A stretch of DNA of 63,931 bases, filler included, from Octopus bimaculoides (GCF_001194135.2; 7 parts of 6 records of this genome joined end to end with filler, not necessarily neighbours in it), one strand, 5' to 3'. Counted from the whole stretch's first letter, positions 1 through 12,348 are shown. The notes: generated by a model not told the origin, from the sequence alone. A program made the numbers and translations.

Positions 1-45
<45 letters not shown>

Positions 46-699
46 CACCGACACGTATTCATTCTTAGAAGTAGAACCAAATGCACAACTACAGACACAA
101 CAACTCGCATATACAAAAACGTAGATACACTCAGATGCGAAAGCATGTACACATACATTGACACAACTACACATACAGAATCACACAGAAACACACAAAT
201 GCTCAGCCTCGTACAAATATACAACTCCACATTGCACACATAGACACAGACAAAGGAACACGGACACTGTATCTAACAGCAGACAGAAATACATACGCCA
301 TGACCAACCACCAGTTTCTTCCTGCCATACTACACACATACCAACAAACATGTGCAGACACCATAAAAGAAGTTCAACAAACCGATAGCAACAAGAAAAT
401 CTAGGTTACAAAGCTTGCCCATTTTTTTATTATTATTTTGGTATAAAATAGAGCTGTTTTACGTGATACATTTAAATAAAGCTGCCACAACTCTTTTCAG
501 AGCTGACTGTCTGGAAGATATTTCTTTCTATTCTTTACTTTTTTTTTTTCAAAAATTTAATAACACACTAATTAAGTAAAATCATAAACGAGGCGTGTTA
601 AATTGTCTCCAAGAATTTAAGGGTGTATATATCTTTTCTTCTTTTTTTATTCTTCACACGCCAGCGAATTTTCTTATTCGTAGTTCAGTGTGTACGCCT

Positions 700-704
700 G
701 TGTG

Positions 705-755
<51 letters not shown>

Positions 756-789
756 CATGTATATATAAATACACACACACACACACATA

Positions 790-825
<36 letters not shown>

Positions 826-929
826 TGTATGTGTTGGCATGTGTGTGTAGTTCATGAGATTGTGAGAGTGTATTTATAGATGCCATGCCCATGTAGGTGT
901 ACACATAAATGTGTATGCATAGATACAGA

Positions 930-978
<49 letters not shown>

Positions 979-1000
979 AAGAGAGAAAGTGACAAAGAGG
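700..1000. repeat. Compound microsatellites (TA)n/(CA)n/(TATG)n and (AG)n
   Basis: Read directly; these generate the spurious YI/CV/RE ORFs. Confidence 0.95.
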
Positions 1001-1178
1001 GAGTGAGGAGGAAAAGAAAGTCTAAATATTGTGCTCTACATATAAATACACATATATATATATGTATATGTTTATATAAATGTATATAAATATACATACA
1101 TTCATAAATACATAAAAGCGTACGCACACATACACACACACACACACTGACATTTATATTTAAAGATATTATGTATTC

Positions 1179-1234
<56 letters not shown>

Positions 1235-1743
1235 NNNNNNNNNNNNNNNNNNNNNNNNNNNNNNNNNNNNNNNNNNNNNNNNNNNNNNNNNNNNNNNNNN
1301 NNNNNNNNNNNNNNNNNNNNNNNNNNNNNNNNNNNNNNNNNNNNNNNNNNNNNNNNNNNNNNNNNNNNNNNNNNNNNNNNNNNNNNNNNNNNNNNNNNNN
1401 NNNNNNNNNNNNNNNNNNNNNNNNNNNNNNNNNNNNNNNNNNNNNNNNNNNNNNNNNNNNNNNNNNNNNNNNNNNNNNNNNNNNNNNNNNNNNNNNNNNN
1501 NNNNNNNNNNNNNNNNNNNNNNNNNNNNNNNNNNNNNNNNNNNNNNNNNNNNNNNNNNNNNNNNNNNNNNNNNNNNNNNNNNNNNNNNNNNNNNNNNNNN
1601 NNNNNNNNNNNNNNNNNNNNNNNNNNNNNNNNNNNNNNNNNNNNNNNNNNNNNNNNNNNNNNNNNNNNNNNNNNNNNNNNNNNNNNNNNNNNNNNNNNAT
1701 ATATATGTGTGTATTTATGTACCTTATTTGTCCTTATATATAT

Positions 1744-1779
<36 letters not shown>

Positions 1780-2111
1780 GCACACACACACACACAGATA
1801 CACACACACGCATACACACATATTTGTAGACGTGTTTTATTCACTCATGTCACGTGTATTATGATGTAAGTGTGATTTCCGTCGTCGGAGTATAACTTCT
1901 CACCTCAAATGATGTGTGTTCTAAGACATGCAGTTCATGTGTGTAAGGGACTTTGTGACACCGACGTGTTTCGACCTAATTTTATGTCTCTTCAATTAGA
2001 AGTGGAACCACTCTGAAAATATTGGCTAAATAAGGGAGATAACCCGCAGTGTATATATGGAGAGTTTGGCAGAGATTTTGACAAAATATCTAATACGAAG
2101 ATTGATAAATA

Positions 2112-2575
2112 TATTGGGTCATCCCATAAATATGTGTTTTTTTCAATTGCATGAACCTAAAGTCGGAGGGAGACGCGATAAACTACCTGAATCAACTTGC
2201 TATAAAAGCAAGTAGTAAATTTACCTTGTGCTTATTCTTAGTGCAAGTTTTGAAGAACGCAGTCGATCATAACTGTTATTTTTTCAAAGCTATAATGAAA
2301 GTGACAACGGAGCATATTCGGCATATTTTGCTTTATGAGTTCAATAAAGGTAAAACAACGCAACAGAAAGTCCGAGTATTACTAATGCAGTATATGGAGA
2401 TCGGACAATATGCACAAGCCAATGTCAACGGTGGTTCCAGAAATTCTGAGCCAGAGACTATAGCCTAGAATGAACCATTTTTGTACCGAATAGTGACTGG
2501 TGACGAGAAATGAGTTTACTATAAAAATGTCAATCGCCGAGACAGTGGGTAGGAAAAGGAGAAACACCGGCCTCC
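2112..2575 (+). mobile_element. Mariner transposon 5' fragment, decayed and internally deleted
   Basis: TIR-like start TATTGGGTCATCCCATAAAT. Frameshifted translation MKVTTEHIRHILLYEFNKG...AVYGDRTI...QCQRWFQKF (mariner N-terminal HTH) joined directly to EPFLYRIVTGDEK (first catalytic Asp motif). Confidence 0.85.
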
Positions 2576-2833
2576 CAGGCTACTTTGCCTGATATTATAA
2601 CATAAGGGCAAGCGAAAGGCCGGTAAACATTTTGCTTGGAGTGCTAACGATTCCACTAAGTCGACACCCTAGGAATAATAGTAATAATTTTTTCTATTGA
2701 AGGCACAAGGCCTGAAATTTTGGGGGAGAAGACATCGACCCCAGTATTTCACTGATATCTTAATTTTGAAAAATAAAAGAGGCGTAAAAAACATACACAC
2801 ATTACATGCACAATCATACATATACATATATAC

Positions 2834-2935
<102 letters not shown>

Positions 2936-3036
2936 ATGTATATATATAAGCACACACACGCATACATATATAGGCAAGCTTTTATATTTCAACTTTCGCA
3001 TTTTAGTCTTTTCACTACCTACTTCTTTCATCGGCG

Positions 3037-3068
<32 letters not shown>

Positions 3069-3942
3069 ACATCTATTTTTCTATCTCTATCAATTCTTTT
3101 AACTCTGTTACTATCGTTTCTTTATTCATTTATTCACTTTTGTACTTTGTTGTCGAGGCCTGGACAATAACAGATACAATAACACCAGAGATAAACCGTG
3201 AACATCACTGTGTTTTAAACAATTTTCACTTGGACTTCATTATCCATGAAGATTAAATACTGAATATCTAATTAGAGGAGAGCAGACTTTCTCAGCTGAT
3301 AGCATGTTACGTTCAAAAAGATTAATTTTGATTAAACATGTGAGACGAACCAATATAATGCTGGCTTGTCTTTTGAAAGAGAAATATCAAGCTGATGAGT
3401 CTTAGCATGCTGTACAAGTTTTCTGGAAGACGTAGTTCACAAGTTAAGGAGGAATTTTTTTAATGGCTCGTAAACGGAAAGGTACCGTAGCCCCAGGTGG
3501 TATTACGCGTTCACAAACGGGAGAAAATTATATGAGCGATATATGTTGTAAAATACTCAATCTAGGTACTATACCGGTACAGCACCAACTTTCTGGACAC
3601 TGATGGTTGAGAACCTCTTACAATCAGTACTACTAATTTACAAGCAGAAGTCAAATATGTTTACTACTAATAGCGATCAATGAGAGCGCTGATCTTGGCC
3701 TTGAAAAGAAGCAATTCACCTTATTCTATTTTTAATTAGATAGAAAACATTATATATATATATATATATATATATACTGATGTTCACAGAAATTTCTGAA
3801 TTTCTGATTTTTTTTTTGTCTTCCTAGAAACACTAATATAACCCAGCAGGACAACGGAAAAATAACTCTCAAAGACTGGAATATCTACAACTTCTCTGAA
3901 CACCTATCCTTTCCCTTCTCCCTGGTTATTAAAAAATGTAAA

Positions 3943-4260
3943 CATCCTTTTTATTCTAAAAACACTACAGTTTTTTTCTGTGCGGACATACAAAAGACCT
4001 TCTGTAGTAAATTTTAAAACTTTATTATCTACAACTTTCTGTGAAAATTTTACTCTCCTTTTCTGTTCTTTCCTTTCTCGCTGAGTATTCGAAGATTTAA
4101 ACATCCTTTTTATTGCAAAAACACTACTGTCTTCTCTAATTGGACATAAAATCGAACATCTCTAGAAAAATTAAAAACTTTAATGTCTACACAATTTTGT
4201 GTGAAAATTTTATCTGTATTTTCTCTCTGACTGCCCAAATATTTAAACGTACCTTTCATT
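3943..4260. repeat. Diverged ~160-bp tandem duplication
   Basis: ATCCTTTTTATT.AAAAACACTAC...GTGAAAATTTTA occurs at ~3943 and ~4102. Confidence 0.7.
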
Positions 4261-4279
4261 GCAACAATACAATTAAATG

Positions 4280-4740
4280 CACGTTCTGAGTTCAAATTCT
4301 GCCGAGGTCGACTTTGCCTTTCATCCTTTCAGGGTCGATAAATTAAGCACCAGTTACATACTGGGTCGATGCTATCGACTTAATCTCTTCCCCCAAATTT
4401 TAGGCCTTGTCGTTCCAGTAGAAAGGATTATTATTATCATTACTATTATTATTATTATTATTATTATTATTTATTATTATCATTATTATCATTAAAGACG
4501 CAGCGGGCTGGCAGAATCGTTATCGCGCTGGAAGAAATACTTAGCGGTATTTCGCCTGTCGCCCCGTTCTGAGTTCACATTCCGCCGAAGTTGACTTTGC
4601 CTTCCATCCTTTCGGAGTCTTTAAATTAAGTACCATTTGAGATCTGGGGTCGATGTAATCGACTGGTCCCCTCCCCCGAAATTTCATGCCTTCAGCCTTT
4701 AGTAGAAAAGATTATCATTAATATTATTATTATTGTTGTT
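4280..4740 (+). mobile_element. Two tandem copies of tRNA-derived SINE family A
   Basis: GTTCTGAGTTCAAATTC B-box-like motif, core GCCTTTCATCCTTTC.GGGTCGATAAATTAAG.ACCAG, (ATT)n tails; same family recurs over 10 times in the window. Confidence 0.85.
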
Positions 4741-5354
4741 TTCGTTGTTGTTGTTGTTGTTGTTGTTCTTCTTCTTCTTCTTCTTAATATTGTTTCGCTA
4801 TAACGTGTTTTTTTAAAATCAATTCACACTCCAGCATCGAATCCTTTGTTCTATGCATCATTCTTTTCTAATACACATTTGTCGTCAATTGAAATTAATT
4901 AGTCTAACTACCAAACTAGCCTTGCGATAGTGCAGATTCGCTTCGCACACATACACTGTATCTATTCGAGAACCACCACCATCATCTCCAGCTCTACTTT
5001 CTACTACCCTCCCTGTAGGATCTCATTAGCCCCTGATACCTTTGAAAGCAACACCACCTCAATATTCTTCTTCCACTGCTTCTTCTTTGTTGACGATTGT
5101 ATTGTTTAGCGGTTGTTGTTGTTTCACGCGTGTATTTGATATATTTTTATATAGTTCGATTCCTATTTTTTAGAATTACCATGATTTGCTTATTTTTTTC
5201 TTTTCTCCCTTACTCTTTGTATTCAATTATTACTATTTTCCTGTTGCTATTTTCTTGCTTTTTCATGCGATTTTTCATGTTATTATTATCGTTCTTTTCG
5301 CACACTTGTCAAATTTAAAAATTTACAAATGAAAAATGGTTGAATTGAGCAGCA

Positions 5355-5356
5355 AT

Positions 5357-5411
<55 letters not shown>

Positions 5412-5553
5412 AGAGCAGAAGAAGGAGGCTGAGGTATGCGTAGGAGGAAGGAATGAATAGAGCAGAGAGAGAGCTGGAGAATACACATACACAGGGACAC
5501 GCACAAACACAAACACACACACTCACACATACAGACACACACACACGCAGACA

Positions 5554-5629
<76 letters not shown>

Positions 5630-5630
5630 T
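5355..5630. repeat. (CAG)n/(TAG)n and long (CA)n microsatellites
   Basis: Read directly. Confidence 0.95.
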
Positions 5631-5939
5631 CTTAACTGTTACTTGGTTCAGCTATTTGATTGCAGCCATGATAGAACACCGCCTCGAAATTTTAGTCGAA
5701 TGTATCGACACCAGAACTTATTTTTAAAAAGTCTGGTGGACTCTTTTGCCGAACCGCTAGGTTACAAGGACGCAAACACACCAGCACCGGTTGTCAAAGA
5801 TATCACACACACACACACGCGAACACACACCCATTCACTTCACGTTGTTTTAGTTCATTCATCTGGCGAAAATGAATTGTACCTGTATAGCAAAGGGGTA
5901 GCGAAATTATGTACAAACATTCACACATACATACAGAGA

Positions 5940-6015
5940 TCTATCTGTCTATACATGTGATCTATACATGTGTCTATACATGTGTCTATACATGTGATCT
6001 GTCTATACATGTGAT
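5940..6015. repeat. 12-14-bp minisatellite (TCTATACATGTG[A])n
   Basis: About five tandem units. Confidence 0.8.
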
Positions 6016-6063
6016 CAGTCACTCCTACGCTTATATGTATGCATACATATATACATATATATA

Positions 6064-6096
<33 letters not shown>

Positions 6097-6316
6097 GTAC
6101 GCTTGCGAGCTTGTGTATGCGTGTTTGTCTATCAGCGTAGGCGCTCGCGCGAGTACGTTGGCATCTGAGTGCCCGTGGGCGCTCGCGTGCGCGTGTATGT
6201 GTGACTATGTACCCGCATTGGCGCTTGCGTGCGTGTGTTAATTTTAGTGAAATTACAATTTCTCACAAGCCAGATTCTTCAGAAATAGATGTCACGCAAA
6301 GGAGAGTTATACATTA

Positions 6317-6362
<46 letters not shown>

Positions 6363-6483
6363 AAGCCTTCGATAGGGTCGACCATCGATACCTAGCGGCC
6401 GTCCTCAGGGCAGCTGGCTTTGGTCCCGTCTTCCGCGGTTGGATCGCTGCCTTGTATAGCGGCATCCGATCGGTAATACGGGT

Positions 6484-6583
6484 NNNNNNNNNNNNNNNNN
6501 NNNNNNNNNNNNNNNNNNNNNNNNNNNTTAATTAATTAANNNNNNNNNNNNNNNNNNNNNNNNNNNNNNNNNNNNNNNNNNNN
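6484..6583. other. Artificial scaffold-joining spacer
   Basis: 44 N + TTAATTAATTAA (6528-6539) + 44 N, exactly 100 bp; the same structure occurs six times. Confidence 0.97.
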
Positions 6584-6638
<55 letters not shown>

Positions 6639-6647
6639 TATACATAC

Positions 6648-7600
6648 AAAAAATTATTTTAATAATAAAGGGTAAAATCAATAATAATTTTACCAAGTAG
6701 CCAGTGTGAAAATAAAAACCTTAAGGTAAATTTTACAAAATATCTTATAATTATATATGTAATTATAACAAGGGGTCGGCTTTATGCCTCACCATGCACC
6801 ATAAGAAATAGACGCTAAAGTATTTTTTACTATCTTAAAATCTCTGAGAATAACACACTTTGCTGTAGGCAAGTAAAAGAAAAATAATGAATCAATAAGA
6901 CTGATTAACTATGGACGCATTTCGAACTTAAAAGTAAAAAGTAATTTTAATCATTGATTCATTATTTTTCTTTTGCTTGCCTACAATAAAGTGTTATTCT
7001 CAGAGATTTCAAGGTAGTAAAAAAGACTTTAGTGTCTATTTCTTACGGTGCATTGTGAGGTAAAAAGCCAACCCCTTGTTATAATTATGTATTTAATTAT
7101 AAAATATTTTGTAAAATTTACCTATAAGGTTTTTATTTCCACATTGGCTACCTGGTAAAATTATTATTGATTTTACCCTTTATAATTAAAATAATATTTG
7201 AATAAATTCACTCCATGATCGAAACTGTATTTACTGCAGTCTAGATCTTAACACACATGTGGGTGTAAAAGAAAGATGTGAATTATACTCAGCAGTATAT
7301 TTTTGCGAGTGTGGATAGATATCAGACATACGATGACGCTGATCGCGTGTATATTTTGAAATACTTGTGAACTTATAAGAAATACTATGCTGAAGAGTAA
7401 TAGTAAGTAAAATTATCTTTTACTTTAAGTTCGAAATGCGTCCATAGTTAAGCAGCCTTATTGATTCATTATTTTTCTTTTGCTTGCTTACAATAAAGGG
7501 GAATTTAAGGTAGTAAAACAGACTTTAGCATCTATTTCTTACAGTGCATGGTAAGGCATAAAGCCAACCCCTTCTTATAATTACGTATATAATTATAAAA

Positions 7601-7610
<10 letters not shown>
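6648..7610 (+). mobile_element. Non-coding Penelope-like or retrozyme-like repeat: one inverted copy plus two direct copies, period ~500 bp
   Basis: 6648-6950 is the reverse complement of 6953-7199 and of 7405-7605 (roughly 85-90% identity by eye). Direct copies are offset 507 bp (ATTGATTC at 6953 and 7460). A hammerhead-like motif heads the third copy. Confidence 0.6.
7384..7448 (+). ncRNA. Type I hammerhead ribozyme-like motif
   Basis: Helix I ACTATG(7384-89)/CATAGT(7443-48); core CTGAAGA (7390-96) and GAAA (7433-36); helix II includes AAGTAAAA/TTTTACTT; minimal helix III in ATGCGT; cleavage triplet GTC (7440-42). Confidence 0.65.
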
Positions 7611-7649
<39 letters not shown>

Positions 7650-8540
7650 TGCTGAGAAATGAAACTCAAGATATAACCCCAAAAGTTTTCAGCAAACATT
7701 GCTTTTTAGTTTGGCTGCCATTATTAGTTTATATATCTTATCAGAAATATTATATTACGAATACACCATTATACCTGAGTGGTTAGAACCATGTATTTCA
7801 GTTAGATGTTGGGGGCACAGCAATAAATTACTAGTGATATTCTTCAGAATTTAAATAAGAATATCTAGAAAACATTTTCCAAACATTTTTAGCATTTAAA
7901 TTTTAGAAAAAAAAATTTCTGGTTTTATATTTGATTTCTAAGAAAAGATGAGAGATATATAATATTTACTGAATCTGCAATGGATCCTATATTTTCATGC
8001 AAGAATACATGGAATGGTTTGATTTAGATGTCAATATATTTCCATAATGAAGAACAATCTATATAAGATTATGATGCTTGACCAGTAAATACATGGTCAT
8101 AAATTCAAACCTTCACACAGTTGTGCTTTTCTCCTGCTACTTTATATTCCATTCTATCTTTGAGTTAGGTGAGTAACAACAGAGGTTATATCCAAGTGTC
8201 AAACACTAGTTCTAGCAACAAAAATGCTTAAATTTACAAAACATCCAACATGGACAAATAGTTATAAATAAAAAATCTTTTTAATGGAACAATTTCTAGG
8301 GAAATGGGAGAAAATTTGGGCAGGGTGTTAGCTTGCTTTTGAAGCAATTATTTTTACAATTGGATGCACTGCCTACTGCTACCCCTTCCACTATGACATG
8401 TGAAATACCTATTTCAGTTGAGCAAATTGAAAGTGCCTTGGTTGTATGGCTACAATGCAACTGATTGAAGTCTTACAATAAATAGAAACAACAGAGTTTG
8501 TAGGGTTATTTTAAGCATTCAGGATATGCAATGTCCTCAC

Positions 8541-8612
8541 CTTATCTTGTAAATACACCCACATTCCATTTACTGGCTTGCGGAATACACCAGTGCCAGT
8601 TGCAACAAAGAC
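8541..8612 (-). CDS. PNKP: PNKP internal exon, 72 nt, phase 0-0: VFVATGTGVFRKPVNGMWVYLQDK
   Basis: ttttgtttacag acceptor and gtgagg donor. Matches PNKP phosphatase segment [24 protein letters not shown] (HAD motif III Lys, RKP..GMW). Confidence 0.93.
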
Positions 8613-9599
8613 CTGTAAACAAAAGAAATATAATGAGTTCTAACAAAGAAATTCAGCAGAGTAATACTACCAACAATCATATCAATGCTAGTATATTACC
8701 GATACTAATATTCTCATTACACACAAAAGGATGAAAGACAAAATCAATCAAAGAACTCAGAAAAGTGCAGTATAAATCTAATAACAGTAAAGCATTTGCT
8801 CCAATTTTCAACTAATCTGCTATCTGTGTTAGTTCTTATGTGTTACTTCTTATTCCAAAATGGTTTTTATCAATATGATAATAGGATCTTAAATGTTACG
8901 TGTAAATACAAAACAATAATGCCAAGGGTTATGTTCATGATATCAATAGGATTAAAACTTTTATACTTAAAAAGATGGTAAATGGCAAAATTGAGTATTT
9001 TGTAGTGTCTAAATATATCCATTTAAGCATATATATGAGGAATAAACTTAAATGACAATATACTCTCCCTTACATATGTTTAGTTTTCAATATAAAAAAA
9101 AAAGGATTATAATGAGAATCTGTAACATAAAAAATAAGGTATCTTAAGAGTATTTAATTTCAGTTAGTTAGATTTTTTTAATTCAAAACTTGTCAGAGTC
9201 GAGTTTTCTCATCATAACTCCAGAGTTAATAAATAAGTATGAACAGTGTACTTGATCCAACTCAGTCAAATATGCCTCTTCCCTACAAATTTGTGGCACT
9301 GCAAAAGTTAAATATCATGATCTCCAATCACATCAAGAAAGTTTATATCTTTGGAATTACTGCATCATACCCCCAATACAATCATCAACTAATTTCCTAA
9401 AAACCTTCCTTGGCTAGTTAAAGTAACATTGGATTACAAAGTTGTTTTGTTTTGTTTTAATTTTTTTCCCCTTAAAATATGAAGACCCTTCACGAAGAGT
9501 GTCAAACATCACACTCAAACAGTAAGAAAGCAAATCAAAACATCTCAGAAATTCTTACTAAGTCAACTTCATAACAAAAATCTCTCCATTGACATCATT

Positions 9600-9707
9600 T
9601 CCAAGAAGGATCTCAGCCAAGCAATTTGATTTGAGAAAGATATATAGCAAGAAGTTCCAAGAAGGATCTCAGTCAAACAATTTGATTTGATAAAAATACA
9701 TAGCAGC
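9600..9707. repeat. ~56-bp tandem duplication
   Basis: CCAAGAAGGATCTCAG.CAA.CAATTTGATTTGA occurs twice (~9601 and ~9657). Confidence 0.8.
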
Positions 9708-9800
9708 TAAATCATTCCTCAACTAATTTCTTCTAAATTCAAATTACGACAAACGTAAATAAACAAACGAAGTCTGCTTTTAGAAGCGTTGAGATGTCTT

Positions 9801-10025
9801 TTAGAAAGTTAAAGAAGTGATTTTAAATTCTCAATCGCAGAATAACGCTAATAATATAGCCTGAACAGGATAAACTATCCCTATTTTGCAGAGAAAAGTG
9901 TAGGTGGCTAGCAGCTAGCCACCTACACTTTTCTCTGCAAAATAGGGGTAGTTTATCCTGTTCAGGCTATATTATTAGCATTATTCTGCGATTGAGAATT
10001 TAAAATCACTTCTTTAACTTTCTAA
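9801..10025. repeat. Near-perfect palindrome, 112-bp arms with a 1-nt spacer
   Basis: 9801-9912 is the reverse complement of 9914-10025 with two mismatches (9846/9980 and 9878/9948). Confidence 0.95.
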
Positions 10026-10580
10026 TTTCTTCTACTTTATTGTCTTAAGAATCTGATCCAAATCCTAAAACTTATCTGTTACCTTTACTAAGATACATAC
10101 ATTACAGAGTTTAGTCAAAATCAAAACCCTAGCAATAGTTAAGAGATTAAATACCGACTTTCAGTTGAATAATTGAAACAATCATCAACTAACAGTTCAG
10201 TTAAAATTCTGCAAATGTCAACATAATTTCGCATTATTCCAGTATTTTATGCATAATAACATGTAAACTTTATAATACATATTAAGTGAGTAGGTAACTA
10301 AGCAAGTTTTAAATCTGAAGAAAATTAGAAATTTGGCTACATCTGATGCAAAAGAATAACAGCATCATCAGCCATAGACTGAGGCTCATAAAAGGAAACC
10401 CAGTATATCCCATTGTGTCTCCTCCACAATATAGCTGTATATATTCACTCTCCATCATTTCATTAGTCAAAGGTTCCATCTAAGCTTTATTTTCAATATC
10501 TATTCATTCCAGTGCAGGTATCTTTACTTCACTTGATTGAGTTATATAAAAACAAGAATAAACATGTCAACAAAATTTAC

Positions 10581-10667
10581 CTGTATAGGAATTTCAAGTT
10601 TATTAACAATATTTTCAATTTTGGTTTTCATTTCTTCCATTTTTACATTACCAGTTTTCACACCATG
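10581..10667 (-). CDS. PNKP: PNKP internal exon, 87 nt, phase 0-0: HGVKTGNVKMEEMKTKIENIVNKLEIPIQ
   Basis: ttgttattctag acceptor and gtaaat donor. Fills the 29-aa interval between FTNQ and VFVATG (human [29 protein letters not shown]); phases fit both neighbours. Confidence 0.9.
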
Positions 10668-10781
10668 CTAGAATAACAACATATCATAGGAAAAAAAGTA
10701 AAAGAATTTGGAAGTTAAGAAACATCATCATCATTTTAACATCTGCTTTTCATGTGCTAGGAAGGATTGGAACACACACAC

Positions 10782-10823
<42 letters not shown>

Positions 10824-11367
10824 GTGCCTGATGGCAAGTGGGACCCTGCACCATCAGAATCTATATATGGGGGGGGGGCATGTTAGTATCTAAGGGGCCC
10901 ATCCCCTCAAGTTTGAGAATTTTTTATTCACTCCTGGAAGAATGCATTAATTATTTTAGCCTGGCTGTGTTTGTAGACAGTTGAAAAGAATACTTTAAAA
11001 AAAAAAAATTAAATGATAGCATTGTAGTTGTGAGCGGGCCCCCTTAGTCTCCTGGCAACTGAAATTTTTAGACCCAGTCCGCCACTGTGTGTGTGTGTGT
11101 GTGTGTGTGATGAATATATAGGGATAAATTATCCAGGTGGATAATTGTTGTTGTTCTAGTAGTTGTTGTGGTAATAGTTATTTCTGCAACTCCTGTTACT
11201 GCAATTGCAGCTTTTGCAACTGTACTATGGAAGCTAATAGGTCTTCTATTATTAACCTCTGAACTCACTCAGATCATTACTATTTATACTTTACTCAAAC
11301 CAGTCTATCTCTCACAAAGGGGCATCATAACTCTCACCACAACAATATATAAGACACAGACGAAGGA

Positions 11368-11735
11368 GTGTGGTAAGAAACTTGCTTTCCAGCCACATGA
11401 CTCCCGGTTCAATCCCAATGCGTGGCACATTGGACAAGTGTCTTCAATAGCCTCAGGCCAACCAAAGCCTTGTGAGTGGATCTCGGAGATGGAAACTGAA
11501 AGAAACCCACCGTGTATGTGTGTGTGCTTTTGTGCCTGTGTTTGTCCTCAACCACCACTTGACAACTGCTGTTGGTGTGTTTATGTCCCCATAACTTAGT
11601 GGTTCAGCAAAATAGACTGATAGAATACATATTAGGCTTTTAGAAAAAATAATTTCTGGGGTCGATTTGTTCAACTAAAACCCACCAAGGCAGCGCCCCA
11701 GCATGGCCACAGTCAAATGATTGAAAAAAGTAAGA
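11368..11735 (+). mobile_element. tRNA-derived SINE family C with internal (TG)n
   Basis: tRNA-like head GTGTGGTAAGAAACTTGC...CCCGGTTCAATCCC; body GGGGTCGATTTGTTCAACTAAA...CAGCATGGCCACAGTCAAATGA shared with other copies. Confidence 0.8.
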
Positions 11736-11859
11736 TAAAATATCTTTCGAGCATTGGGCCTCACAGAAGCAAAGTGGCTGAGTTTCTTTCCAGTGTTGGG
11801 CCTCTCGGAGGCAATGACCAAGACTTTTGGCATTATGTCATGTTTGAAAAGAAGACCCA

Positions 11860-12105
11860 TCAAGCCGAGCAAAAATACAGTTGTGGAAGGTACCGGTGTC
11901 ACACAAATAGCACCCATACCAGTAGCACATAAAAGAACCCATTACACTCTCTGAGTGGTTGGCGTTAGGAAGGGCATCAAGCCATAGAAACCATGCCAAA
12001 TCAGACTGGAGTCTGGTACAGCATTCCAGCTTGCTAGCCTTGTTTAAACCATCCAACCCATGTCAACTTGGTCAACAGACATTAAATGATGATGAGGAGG
12101 AGGAT
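11860..12105 (+). mobile_element. SINE family B, diverged copy with (GAT)n tail
   Basis: GAGTGGTTGGCGTTAGGAAGGGCATC...CAACCCATG...GATGATGA. Confidence 0.75.
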
Positions 12106-12107
12106 GA

Positions 12108-12140
<33 letters not shown>

Positions 12141-12143
<3 letters not shown>

Positions 12144-12348
12144 GGTGTCCACAAAGTCTGGGTACATGGAGTAAATAAAATAACATAAACAATTAAATAT
12201 AAGAAATAATAATTTCTTAAAGTATATGTTAATCCCCATGTGGGTACATGGTGTAAATAAAATCATAACATAAACAATTAAATATAAGAAATAATAATTT
12301 CTTAAAGTATTTGTTAATCCCATGTGCCCAGACTTTGTGGACACCCTG
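12141..12348. mobile_element. Tc1/mariner-type MITE
   Basis: ~30-bp TIRs CAGGGTGTCCACAAAGTCTGGG(T/C)ACATGG, TA on both sides, internal ~90-bp tandem duplication. Confidence 0.88.

Noticed and set aside
6528-6539. TTAATTAATTAA motif recurring six times
   Set aside because: Always centred in exactly 44+44 Ns, so an artificial linker and not a biological repeat or CRISPR-like array
10345-10435. Minus-strand exon-like stretch (ILWRRHNGIYWVSFYEPQSMADDAVILLHQ)
   Set aside because: Lies between two PNKP exons that already join in frame and cover consecutive residues; weak splice sites
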